Of a stretch of DNA of 64,000 bases, positions 10,570 to 23,326 are shown one piece after another. Both the position numbers and the translations under genes were made by a program. The stretch comes from Takakia lepidozioides (taxonomy: Eukaryota; Plantae; Bryophyta), in contig CM060734.1 of NCBI GenBank assembly GCA_030704615.1, positions 30,070,001-30,134,000 of the forward strand, read 5' to 3'. The first letter of the stretch is position 1. Each line of letters starts with the position of its first letter. A model generated the notes under the pieces. It was not told the DNA's origin. It made no database searches and was given only the letters and a program-made list of their open reading frames with translations.

Positions 10570-13500
10570 GTTGATGATGAGCCATCAAAGGGCCTCTGAA
10601 ACCCACCAAATATTGGATTCTTCCCTATTTCATACAAGCCATCACCAAAGGGATTGGTTGACCAGGATGATATCACAAAAGCTGTGTGGCCATATATATT
10701 GAAAATGGCTGCAGCTTCAACAGTCGTAGATTACATCAGCGAGAACCCTACCAAGTGTTCTTGTAAGCCTATTGGTCGTGACCATGCCTATTGGGCTTGG
10801 TATGGAAGATATGTCGATCCTCGTGTTTGGATCCCACAACAAAATGAACCTGATTACTTTGGTATGTATTTATCCCACTGTTTGTTGTTTATGGAGAATT
10901 TGATCTTGAAAGTGTCTTCCACTTGCACTTTTACTTTATCATTTTTTCTACAAATGTTCCACATTTCATGTAACATTTGTCATATGAAAAATTGTTTTGC
11001 CCAGTCACATTCAAGGAGCGAATTCAAAAAGAAGAAGAAGAGCTTCGTGATTGGCAAGAATGGCGGGCTTCCCGGCAGGCTTCAAGGGCATCAAGAGATT
11101 CAACAAGTAGAGTTCCAAGTAACATTTCGGATGATAATGTTACTACTAGGTTCGAGTTCTCCGAAAGTATTTCCGTTTCATCTGGTGCGGAGACCGTTGC
11201 AAGTGGTTGTGGTAACCGGAGGCGTCTTCGAACACATGCCTTGACTGCGAGCCGTTTGGGAGGAGGCTCTGTAATATTAATGGGTTAGTGTAAGCCGTTG
11301 TATGGCTTCGAGCCGCTGGATAACATTAAGTCCAACGGATGTACAGTTGACGTTACATTATGTCTGACTGCAACGCCAAAGTTGCAATCTCTAATAAAAT
11401 ATGAATGTTTATCATCAATGTATGCGGACACATTCTTTTATATCATCCTCTTCATCACATGCCATGATTGTTCTATGTTTGGTTTTGTATGTCATCTGAT
11501 ATGGCAACCATTTTTTGCAAAACGTTTTATATATCTGACCTCACATCACGGTGTAATTTATTGCATCCTCCCATTTTTTTCGTGAACGTCAACTTGGTAG
11601 TGGATGTTATTCTAAAACCACAATACATACTTATATTGTCTCCAAAAAATATTTGGAGGATTATATTGTGTATAAAATAACCAAAATAATCATATATATC
11701 GCTTTATTTCAATAATAAATTTTGTTTATTCATATTTCTCATATTATTTCTGGACCAAACAAAAGTCCAGAATTAGTTAAAATAGTGTTATTTACAGTGT
11801 TGCCAATATTTCGACTGGAGAAAAACACTCGCTATCCGAACCGTTTATTGGGGATCCTCTTACGACGAACGGAGAGAGCTCGGTTTTGATGTTCCCAAAA
11901 GACTTCTTCGAATCGACAAAGGTCTACATAACTATTGAGGGCGTTGATGTGTGTGAGACAACTTGGTGGACAATTCACGGAATCGGTCGTTCAACCTACA
12001 TGAAATACAAAAAACTAAGCAGAGAGGGTGTGGATACATCGTTGCACGGGAATTCCGGAGTGAAACGGCCCCGTCCACAAACTCGTCAAGCTGAAGGAAA
12101 CTTAATGTCGATTATAAACGGAACTTCCGATCTCATGCCTCATAAGACCCGCTGTATTGGAGACGGATGGAGAGATACTCTTCGAGTTCTGCCACCTGAA
12201 CTGAACTGCAAAAAAATTCGTGAAGAGTGTAATGAGGTCAGTTCTTCTTCTTTTTACCACTTTCCGAATTCTATATTTTTTGGGACCTTCCCTGTTTTGC
12301 TTCCACGCAATGTATCAAACCTCTCACTATTAAAGCTTGGGTGATCGCGCGAGGTTTATTCCCCCCTGTCTGTCTTGTAGACGAATAAAATATGTGGGTT
12401 GAAGCCTATCTCCCAAGCAGCCGCCAGCAGAATCAGACAACGGATTTTTCCCAATGTCGAGGTTAGAAAAAGTGGTAGCACGTTTGCCAAATGCACAGAC
12501 TGTGAGATGCTCAAAGACCTAATCAAGAAGTCGGTCAAACGTAGCGATGAGCAGGCCTCGCACAAGAAAGCACTTGATAAGCACCTCAGGCTTCGGGAAT
12601 CTTGTAGGAGACTCTATCACAGCTGGAGGAATGAGTCAGCTATGATGCCGTCCGAGTTCCTCTGCATCATTCATGACAAGATGGATCATCGAAAAACAGC
12701 TATTCCAAGGTTGCAGACGACGAACAAGATGGTCTCCGGCTTAGGTCAGCTTCCAATCTCGCTAACCGACATGGTCACCCACGGCCACGGGGACGGAGCC
12801 TACGGACAATACTCTCTGGACTTCTGGCCGGGAGACCCGAACTTCATGATTGGCTCTCTAGCAAGATGCCTCCGCCAACTAGAGAAGCCCTCTTGCCGTG
12901 AAAGTCGTAACATCTTTGACAACCCACCTCAGAATTCTTTTTTCGAATATCTCATGAAGGGTAAATCGAGGTGTCTCGACGTCCTGAAACCTTTCGGCGA
13001 TAAGGAGAAGAAAAAGGAAAAGTCCCACTTCCGCGAAGACTTTACCTGCAGTTGGACAACTGCTTGAAGGAAAACAAAAACAGGTGGATGCTGGCTTTTC
13101 TGTCGCTCCTAACTGCGAGAGGAGTGTTTGAGGAGATTCAGATGGGATTTCTCATGGTTGGCCATACCCATGAGGACATCGACGGATTCTTCAGTTATTT
13201 ATCGAAGAAGCTGAAGCAAAACAACACCTACGTTTTCTCCGATTTTATGAGGTTTTTTATGATCTCTCAAGATCTGCAATTTATTCCTCAAATCATTCAA
13301 GAGGTGCCAGATTTCAAGGCGTATGTGGAGGTTGCAATCTCGATGGAAAAGAGGCTTTAGTTGAGCAAACATAAATGCATGTATTTTGATTCTATGTAGA
13401 TGAAGATGGTTGGCCTGTCATGAAGTTTAAGAAGTTTGCTACTGATTCTGAGTGACTTCCCCAAAAAAGGTGCGGTGAAGATGTGGAAGTCGAATCCCGA

Positions 13501-14314
13501 TGGATCTCCAAAGTTGCCTGTAACAGTACAACCCAGGGCTGTAAAAAAAACACCAATTTGGGGTGTGGGAGATGACTCATCCGATAAACAGTCTTTTATC
13601 AAAACTGGAATTAAAAAATATAGGGAGTTTTGGAAGAAGGGGATGTTGCTTGACGATCATTATTGTGACATCATGATACAGTATGATCAATACTGGGAAG
13701 CAATCCTTGCAGAACTTGATCTTCCCATTCCTGGAGAATCACGACATTCAATCGCGCTTAAAGAGGGTTTTTGGCCCTCAACCAAGTGGGCTGTCAACCA
13801 CCACAGAGCCGGACTCCATACACCTCCAGAGGATGATCTGTCGGAAGAAGATGAAGTCATGGAGCCGTATTGTGGCCCCCGGTGTGATAGACCGAAGCAG
13901 CCTCTAAATCCGTTCAAGGACATTGAGAACGGATTCTTTGTCTTGGTTCGACCAGTAGATACTGTGACGTTTCCAGTTTGGATGGGGATGGCAATATCGG
14001 ATGTGGTCCGCGATAGAGGATCCAGGAATTTTAAGAAGGTTCACGTCGAATGGTGGAGACCCAAGAAAGGAGGTAGCCCTTCCAATTTGGACAGGTACAG
14101 AGATTGTTGGTCCAAAGTTTGGGAGTTCAATCCAGATGATCCCCCTCAGTGGATTCACATTAACTCTGTCGTTTGGACAATGCCCGCCAGAAAAAACACG
14201 ACACGTAATAGCTCTAAGAAAATTACTGCGGTGGAGGCAAAGAAAGCACGAGCAAATTTGGATCAACAGTCAGACAATGAAGACAATGCAACCTCGGGCG
14301 GAGAACAAGGTTGA
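10570..14314 (+). mobile_element. Intron-containing DDE-type transposase pseudogene (DUF7869 / Sola-like, GHTHEDID family)
   Basis: Motifs CCQYFDW, G.DVCET.WW.IHG..RSTY, FAKCTDC, CIIHDKMD, THGHGD, LQLDNCLKENKNRWMLAFL and FLMVGHTHEDIDGFFS. Trp-rich C-terminal domain FVLVRP...PVWMG...VEWWRP. Introns 10862-11004, ~11284-11797 and 12237-12380; several frameshifts. Superfamily name is tentative. Confidence 0.75.
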
Positions 14315-15019
14315 CAAGGACATATTGTGGAGGTTCACTCCTCGGCATGTTTTCAAGCTAATGTTTTACCTCCACTCTCCATTTGTTTCTCTTCACGTCT
14401 TTAAACATTAATCTACTTTCTTTGCCAGCCACCAGCTTTTTTCCGGACCTCATCTCTGTAACGTTTCAGGAACCTCGAGTGATCATCCGGAGTTCCTAGT
14501 TTTCCTGATGTCACTGCTTCCTTCTCTTTGCAGTTCCTCTTTCACATTACATCCATTTCTTTTGGTTCTCTGGTTTTCACCAAAGTGTCTTCTCCTCAAC
14601 AGATTCGCCCATCTCCTTCATTCTCGATCCACATGGTCGTATTGTTGGGCTCAATATGATTGGTCTAAAAAATGTCCTGAGTATAAACCGCGTGGCAATT
14701 TGTGAAAGTTGTTGCTTCAATGGACAAGCTTTCTCGCGGTTTACTGCTTTTGAATCTTGTGAATCTTCTCCCATTACTCGTCAGTAGCTTTCTGTAAGTC
14801 TGGCTTCATGTACAGAGTTACATTTCCTTTACTGCCTTTTCGGACTATCTTAAGATTCTTCTCAATTTTCTTCATCACTAATCAATCATGAACCTCGCTT
14901 TGCCACCTGTTATTCTGTGTCATCTCAGGTCAATTTAACTTGGGTCTGTTTATCTTATTAGGACCTTCTAAAGACAATACTTCTGGGGCCTTTAGTCCTT
15001 ACATTGTCCTCACCTTAAA

Positions 15020-15740
15020 CCATATACCCTAAACCTAATTCGAATGTTTGATGCGCATTCTTCAAGGGTTACAAGGTTGGGCATATTCCTTGGGATATTT
15101 CATTCAAGTCTAATTTCTTAGGTGATAAGTCACTTGTACACTTTCCTAGATTTCTATCATTTTTTTTACTCACATTCCATAATTGTTTGTCCATTTATAG
15201 TTCTCTAAACCCTAAACCCTAAGCCCTTAAACGTAACTCGCATTCTTCATAGATTAGATACAATCTGTGGTTGGGAAATTTTATTCCCTAAACCCTAAAT
15301 CATAGGTGACAAGTCTCTTCCCAATATTTTCTTTTCCATTCATACCGAGTACTATGGTTAGTACCTTCGCAAACTCTATACGCTAAAACCTAATTTCAAT
15401 GTTTGATGCTTATTTATTTATTACTTCCAATTTTGGGTACGGTCGAAGTGGTGGGGATGATATTTCATGAATTGTTCTACGTATGGGTAAAGACTCAAAC
15501 TCCATAATTGTTTGTCCATTTACAGTTTTCTAAAACCCTAAACCCTAAACCAAACTCCACTATTTGATTCACATTCCTCATAGAAATTTGGATACAATCT
15601 ATGGTTGGGATATTTCATTAACAAATTTTCATAGGTGCCAAGTCATTTGTACACTTTCCCATATTTTCTTTTCCATTCATACCAAGTACTATGTTTCAAT
15701 GTACCCTAGCAAACTCTATAACCTAAAACCTAATTCCAGC
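15020..15740. repeat. Degenerate tandem repeat containing plant telomere-like CCCTAAA motifs
   Basis: aaaccctaaaccctaa near 15207 and 15533 and ccctaaaccctaaa near 15286. Block 15174-15400 resembles 15498-15740; tata..ctaaaacctaatt recurs near 15022, 15377 and 15717. Confidence 0.7.
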
Positions 15741-17153
15741 TTGGTTCAATGACTTTATAGTTGAATCTACATGACACTCTTCCACAATATTTGGTTGTGA
15801 TATGAACATCGGAATGATCCCTAAATATTTTGAAACATAATTCACATGTTTCATTGAAATCCAACCTTATTCCATTCAACGTTTTAATCCATCAATTGAA
15901 AACTTGCAATACATTGGTTCATGGTACTACTATACTGTAAGCATGGTATGGATGTTTATTTTTCATTTGTATATTATCTTCTTGAATCATCTGTTTATGT
16001 CATACATCTATCAATTTATTAATAACTTCATTCAATCGATCTTATCTTTATAATTTTCTGATGCAAAGTACGTCATTCGACTTACCATTCGATGTTATAT
16101 GAATGGGATTGTGCAACTTCACAAGTTAAATGACTCAATATTCCACGATATTATTATCAATACCTGAATTAATTTTAATTATGTTATTTATTAAGTTTGG
16201 TCCGGATTTAAGCCAAAAGTCCGGAATTACTTAAAATATGGTTCTTTGTTATAGTCGGCAAACTTCCAAGTTGTAGGCTCGTGTGCCATCTGGTTCTACG
16301 TGGGCCATTGCAAAAGTTGTTTCAGAAACCCTAGGGCCAGTTCTGAAACAATGCATTCTGAACCAGACTCATAGCTATTGGTTGCTGTCAGATGCTTTAT
16401 TTGCAGCTTTTACTATAAGGCTTCGTTTGAGGAAAGAGTACACTGACAGGCCTTGCATCCCCTACTAGTTTGTGGAGACTTTGACCAGGAGATTGAAATC
16501 CTGTATGCAAGGATGAGACTTGCAGTAATGCATGTGTTGGAGCTAGTGTTGGCATTTGCTATTACATTCAGAGCTGCCGCTGCACACAATATGCTAGCAC
16601 TGCATCTAGATCCTCGTTACAAAGGCTTGCAGATTGTTATGGAGTACAATGGTAGAGATCAAACCCAGGCAGTGGTGGAGGAGTATGACCAACATGTGTT
16701 TTTGCCACTTTTAGTGAAAGTGTGGAAGTATCTCAACCATGGACGTGCAAAAAGAGCTCCAACTACCACTACTAATGTGGATGACTCGTTGTGGGGAGCT
16801 GCAACATCTTCAGATGAGACCAATATTTCCCTTGTGAAAACGAGCTATATTTGTATCGTCGATTTTCTGTGAATACAGATGATGTGAAATGTCCATTGAT
16901 TTGGTGGAAGAATCATGAGAAATTTTTTTCTCATGTTATATTTTCGGCACGACAGTTTTTGGGTATTCTCGGGTCTCAAATTGAATGTGAGAGGATCTTT
17001 ATTAGTGCAGATATTTTGACGAGTTTGCGACGTTGTAGGCTGGGAGTCTTCAACTTGGAGAAGCTGGTGATGATCATGAAGAATTGGCCAACGGATGCAA
17101 GGACTGGATGTACTCTACCTGGGCAGACGATGAAATTTTTTCTTGATGCTGAG

Positions 17154-17747
17154 TGCCAAGGACGATAACATGACTGAACACAAACAAGAGATTAGACTAG
17201 AGGTACAAGACTAGACAGGAAGTCAAGGTTGGCGTGGCCGAATGTATGGTGGATAAACATGAATCAAGATGATCTTTATAACAATGGACAAGAGTACAAG
17301 ATATTAGAACTCAACTTGAATACTGGAATGCTGGAAACTGGACTGCCGTACCAGATACTAGAAACTGGACTGGAGTACTGGAACTGGAAACAAGAATAGC
17401 TTGAACTTGTGTTGGCGAGACTGAAGAGTGTCAAGTCTCGCCTCCTATATATACTGGCTACTAGGAAGTTCCCTAAGAAGCTTCCCCAATGGAGGTTTCT
17501 TGATGGAGAAGTTTCCAAGGTTAAACAAGGTATCTTGATGGAGAAGTTTCCTCCAAAGGAAGCTTCCTGAGCAGTTTCCCAAGTTACTCTCGGTAATTTG
17601 GTAAACTCCCGATAATTTGGTAATTTATGATAACTTATGGTAAATCATGGTAGATCATGATAAATCACGGTAACTTATGATAACATGGTAATTTGATAAC
17701 TTCTGGTATTTACTTCTGGTAAGTTCCTCTGGGCTATGTCCATGACA
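17154..17747 (-). repeat. 3' LTR (594 bp)
   Basis: TGCCAAGG...CATGACA; highly similar to 22830-23326. Confidence 0.95.
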
Positions 17748-17802
17748 TCACCCCCTCCTCTAGCGCCGAGTTCCTCGAGGAGCGGTAAAATCTTGGATTT
17801 GT

Positions 17803-18204
17803 TTAGAGTTGGAAAAAATCCAAAATCCGGCGAACGGTACTTGCTAAGTATTCGGCTCTTCGTTCTTGACTCAAATGATTTATAGGTCCCTGCAACCATC
17901 GATAGTATCCAACATCTTGAACTTGGGACCACGCAGTGATTTGAACTTTCTGATTTTCGAAGCTGCATTCAAACATGATTTCGTTGCCTTTCGGGTCCGA
18001 AGCCTCAACTTCCAACATGATTATCAAACTACGAGTAGGCTCCACTTGCCGTCGTACGGGGTCCAGACGAGGAAGTACGCTTCGCATTGGTGACCCATCG
18101 TCTCGAAAGTGTTGACGTAATGTTGAAGGTCGCGAGAGTCGACACGGCTGATCTAGTAGTTGGGTAAGCGACAGCTCCAATGTATCTAGTTCATGTGACT
18201 CCAT
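17803..18204 (-). CDS. Extra 133-aa ORF inside the chromovirus 3' region, unknown function
   Basis: Uninterrupted ATG-initiated ORF with TATATATA about 40 nt upstream (18243-18250). It sits between the truncated chromodomain and a short pol-like tail (QDFTAPRGTRR*) next to the PPT. Confidence 0.4.
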   Translation of the reverse strand: MESHELDTLELSLTQLLDQPCRLSRPSTLRQHFRDDGSPMRSVLPRLDPVRRQVEPTRSLIIMLEVEASDPKGNEIMFECSFENQKVQITAWSQVQDVGYYRWLQGPINHLSQERRAEYLASTVRRILDFFQL

Positions 18205-21200
18205 GCTGCCAATATAAGATGCAAGAGTGCTGGAAGTGTAGCTATATATACTGATGTGTGGTGCTCATCCCTCGTTAGTGTGTATCAGGTACACTGAATG
18301 TGGAGTCTTCACCTCGAAGCTAACTTGGCTGAGATCATCGTTGTGACGTCTTATTGACGTGTAGCTCGGGTTCGTTCCCACGTTCGTTCGCTGATGTCGT
18401 AGCCTTTCCAATGTACGAAATACTCAAGACGTTTATACTTGGTGCGAAAGTCTAGGACTTCGTCGACTTCAATGTACTCGATTTTCTGATTGACTTCGAT
18501 TGGTGGAGGTGGTACAGAGACTCTCCCTGGAATATTCGATGGATGATACAACTCCAATAATGAAATATGAAAGACTAGATGGATGTGCATACTTCGTGGG
18601 AGTTCAAGCCGAAAATTGACCGGATTTATTTGTCAAATAATCTTGAATGGTCCAAGACGTTGATAATCCAACTTCCTTGATGGTCGCGAGGTTTGTATGT
18701 CTCATCGAAGAAGCCATATATGATCTCCGACCTTGAACTGGGGTTGGAGTTGACGATGTTGATCTGCATACCCCGTGTATTATTTTTGAGCTTTTGCGAT
18801 GTGGAATGTAAGCTCCTTGTGAATCGTAGCAAGATGAGTAGCAAGGTTTTCTATAGCAGGGCTTTCAACAGTCTTCATGTGGAAAGGGTTCGCTTGAGGA
18901 TGATGACCATAATTGGAGAAAAATGGAGTTTGCTTGGTCGAAGAATATATAGTGTTGTTGTAAGCAAACTCAGCTAATGGCAGAAGGTCCGTCCAATTAT
19001 CTTGGTGATAATTTATCGTATAGTGAAGATACTGCTCCAAAATCTGGTTTACGCGTTCGGTTTGACCATCAGTCTATGGATGATTAGCTGTGGAGAGGTT
19101 GATCTTAGTATCCAATATGTGAAATAATCCCCTCCATAAATTTGATATGAACTGTGGTCCTCGATCAGATACGATGTACTTCGGGAGTCCGTGAATGCGG
19201 TAGATATTATTGAGGAAGAGTCTTGCAGTTTCATCGCATGTAACCGTCTTATTACATGGAATGAAATGTGCCATCTTTGTAAAACGATCCACAATAACAA
19301 GGATTGAGTCGGTGGTCTTGGAAATTGGAAGGTCCGTAATAAAGTCCATAGACAAGGATGACCATGGACCCTTATGAATGGGTAATGGTTGAAGAAGGCC
19401 GTAAGGTCGATGTCGTGGTCCCTTCCCCCTAGTACAGGTGTAACAAAATTTTATAAATTCTTTTACGAGTTTCCATATCTGCGGCCACCAATAGTCCCTG
19501 GATATCAATTCCATTGTTTTGTTGAAGCCGAAATGTCATGCAGCCGGAAGATCATGACATGTTTGAAGAATTCGAAGTCGTGTAGGTCTTGGAGGTACCT
19601 AGAGAAGTCCCTCGAAATGAAGTAAGTCATCTTTGAATTCGAAGTCGTTTGTAGCATGTGGGTTGTCTCGAGGTCGATTTAGTTGACTTCGTAGTGTCGT
19701 AGCAAATTAGTCGTTCTTCAGTGCTTCTTGAATCTACTTTATGATCTCTGCATCGTCACAGGTGGACATAGATAACATATTAGATTTGTTGGTTTCAAGA
19801 TGATGGATTTCTGCTGGTCAAAAGCTGTTTCCCTTTTTTTCGGCGCAAGATACGATCGTCGAGAAAGAGCATCGGGTTTCCCTTGAAGATGTCCAGGGCG
19901 ATAGGTAATAACAAAATCAAACTTTGCTAGTGACATACCCCATCTTGCTTGACGTCGATTGAAAACACGAGCACTCATAAAATATTCGAGGTTTTTGTGA
20001 TCAATGTAGACAGTGACCTGATGTTTAGCTCCCTCCAATAGATGACGTCACTCCTCAAAAACATCGATGATCGCTAGAAGTTCTTTGTCGTGGATTTCAT
20101 AATTGATCTCTGCAGCGGAAAATTTGCGAGAACGAAAACCAACAGGGTGAAGTCGGTCATCCGTACCGTATTGAGAGAGTATAGCGCCAAGTGCAAAGTC
20201 CGATGCATCTGCTTCCAAAAAGAATGGTTTAGATGGGTCTGCATGTACCAGTATTGGAGCCGTTGTAAATGTCTGCTTCAGTCTTTCAAATGCCTGGTCA
20301 GTATTCTCATCCCATACAAATTTGTCCTTCCCTCTGAGTCGTGTCAATGGTGCAGCAATTTTGGAGTAGTCCTTGATAAAGATTCTATAGAAATTTGCAA
20401 ATCCCAGAAAACATTGTTCATATCGGACCGAAGTTGGTTTAATCTACTCGATGATGGTTTGTATTTTCTTCTGATCCAAAAAGACGCCTTATAGTGTAGC
20501 TCAGAAATTCGACCTCAAATTGATGAAAAATATATTTTTCCAACTTGACATATAATCATTTTTCTTTTAATTTATCAAGGACAAGGCGTACATGGCGGCC
20601 ATGTTCTTCTTCATTCTGTGAAAATATCAAAATGTCGTCCAAATAGATGACTACAAAGTCATCTAAAAATTCTTGAATGATGTCATTCATCATATGTTAG
20701 AAAATTGCTGGAACATTTGTAAGACCGAAAGACATAACACTGTATTCAAAATGTCCATACCTTGTTCGAAAAACTGTTTTCCATTCGTCTCTTTCTTTTA
20801 TCCGTACAAGGTTATAAGCTCATCTCAAGTTAATTTTGGTGAAAATCTTCGCTCGTCCCAGCTAGTCGAGAAGCCCAAAAATTAGCGGCAACGGATAACG
20901 ATTCTTAATTGTGACTTTGTTGAGACCGCGATAGTCTACACACATGCATAATGATCCGTCATTCTTTTTCACTAACAAGATATGCGTCCCCGCATGTGAT
21001 TTTGAATGTCGGATGAAGTTCTTCGACAAATTTTCATCAATGTATTCACGTAATGCAGTCAACTCTGTTTGGGATAAGTTATAGATTGGGCCGAATGGTG
21101 GTTGGGCTCCTTCTTGTAACTCAATTGCACAGTCATAAAGTCGATGTTCTGGCATATGTCTGCATTTTTCTTATCGAAGATATCCTTGAAATCTTGATAT

Positions 21201-22829
21201 TGAGTGGGTAATGTTGAAGTATCTTCGTCTGTTGTGGTCTTGAACGGAGTCGCATAAAGTGCAAATGCCGCATCTTTTTTGATAGCTCTCATGAAAGCTC
21301 TAGCTCCAAGGAACATGGGTTGAATACCTTTGATATTTCTACATTTTTGTCTTGCAGAAATTTTTCGCGATCGCTAGTCGATGTCAGGATTGTGAAGTAC
21401 GAACCAGGGAAGTCCAATAATCACATGATTCGTTGGAGACTGGATGACGTTGAAAACAATATGTAATGCTTGATCTTTAAACTTCACTTAGCTTCACTTC
21501 AAGGGGTCGAGTTTCATGACTTCAACGGGGGCCGATAATTTCTTCTTTACAATCGTTAAATCGTGTTGTTTCGCAAAGTTTTTGTCAATAAAACATGATG
21601 AAGCCCCTGAGTCCAAAAGTGTTTCTACAGAGATATCTCGATTTTGCACTCTGATTTTTACCAGAACTGTGAAGCAAGGTGCAGGGTCTGGAGGTAGAAA
21701 GAGACATTTTTTTGGTGAGGAATTTGTGGTGTCCAGCCGCATGGTCCCTACTGTGACTGGACATCTTCGTTTTTCGACCTCCTCGTATCGAACACTTGAA
21801 TTGCGCCCCGAGTTTTGAATCTTCTCTTGTTGGGGCAGTTAAATGCTATGTGATCTTCTTCTCCGCAATAGAAGCATAATCCATTCGAGCGTCGTCTTTT
21901 GTTTTTCTTGTGGCGTCAATGGCTTGAATCGGATAGCATCAATCTGTATAGGATCACTACCGGATGTCTGATGGATTGTTGTGTTTGGTACCGTAGTAGC
22001 AGCGGCATGATGCGTCGTCAACCATCCAGATCGCTTCTCTTGACGTCTTTCGAACAAACGATTATCGCATGCAATGACTTGGGTGATGAATTCGCTCAGC
22101 GTGCTCACGTTTGGCATAGTCAGCAACAAATCTTTTATATCATTTTTTAGTCCATATCGAAACTAACTAATGAGGTTCTTCTCATTCCAGTCGAGGTCGC
22201 ACGCAAGTTGTCGAAATTCGGCAGCATAAACAGAAGCAGGACGTGCTCCTTGTCAAAGATTTCGCATCTTTGTCTCTGCAACTCTCTCTCTATCATTCTC
22301 TCCAAACGTTGCAATGAACTCGGACATGAATGCTTCAAAATTGTATAAATAAATGCGAATTTTTTTTCTAATAGCGGTGCAAACCAAGATACGGCAGTGC
22401 CTGAGAGAAGGGTGCCCACGAATCCCACTTGAATACCTTCATCGGGGTAGCGTTGTAGATGTAGTCGTAGGAACGGTCGTACTTATTGAACAAAACCGCG
22501 AAATCTTGATCTTGTCCTATCAAATTTCTCGGGCGTGCTGATCTTTGGTTCTCTCGTAATCTGTTGAAGAGGAACCGTTGCAGTAGGAGCTGTTGTAGTA
22601 GGGTCTCGTATGGTTGAAAATCCATTGTTCGACTCCTTTAATTCTGAAATTTGTTGTTGCAAATTGTGGAGAGCGTTGTCAAGATCTTGAGACTGATCAG
22701 CTTGTAATTGGGCGGTAGAGGTGCGAAGTTCTTGCATCTGGAGCTGAACACTCTGCAATGTGGCGATTATTTCCGCAAATGTGCCTTTCATCTTAACTAA
22801 CTAAGGAACAAACTTTAGTTTCGCCAAAA

Positions 22830-23326
22830 TGTCAAGGACGAGAACATGACTGAACACAAATAAGAGATCAGACTAGAGGTACAAGACTAGACAAGAAGTC
22901 AAGGTCGGCGTGGCTAAATGCATGGAATGCTGGAAACTGAATTCGAGTACTGGAACTGGAAACAAGAGTAGCTTGAACTTGTGTTGGCGAGACTGAAGTG
23001 TGTCCAGTCTCGCCTCCTATATATACTAGCTACTAGGAAATTTCCTAAGAAGCTTCCCCAATGGAGGTTTCTTGATGATGGAGAAGTTTCCTTAAACAAA
23101 GGTTTCTTGATGGAGAAATTTCCTTAAACAAAAGAGGTATCTTGATAGAGAAGTTTTCTCCAAAGGAAGCTTCATGAGCAGTTTCTCAAGTTACTCTCGG
23201 TAATTTGATAAACTTCCGGTAACTTAGTAACTAATGATATCTTATGGTAAATCATGGTAGATCTTGATAACTTGATAACTTTTGGTATTTACTTCTGGTA
23301 AGTTCCTCTGGGCTATATCCGTGATA
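22830..23326 (-). repeat. 5' LTR (497 bp, ~100-bp internal deletion relative to the 3' LTR)
   Basis: TGTCAAGG...CGTGATA; TATATATA box near 23018-23025. Confidence 0.95.

Larger units (their letters stand above)
17154..23326 (-). mobile_element. Full-length, decayed Ty3/Gypsy chromovirus (Tcn1-like): gag-PR-RT-RH-INT-chromodomain
   Basis: TSD CTGAG at 17149-17153 and 23327-23331. PPT at 17748-17763. Protease LLDSGAS; [24 protein letters not shown]; RNase H EADASDFALGA and NYEIHDKELLAI; integrase SLSMDFITDLP and SDRGPQF; chromodomain EYFVHWKGYDISERTWE. Many stops and frameshifts. Confidence 0.95.

Noticed and set aside
15200-15550. True telomere or chromosome-fusion scar
   Set aside because: Only 2-3 CCCTAAA units at a time, embedded in a longer degenerate repeat.
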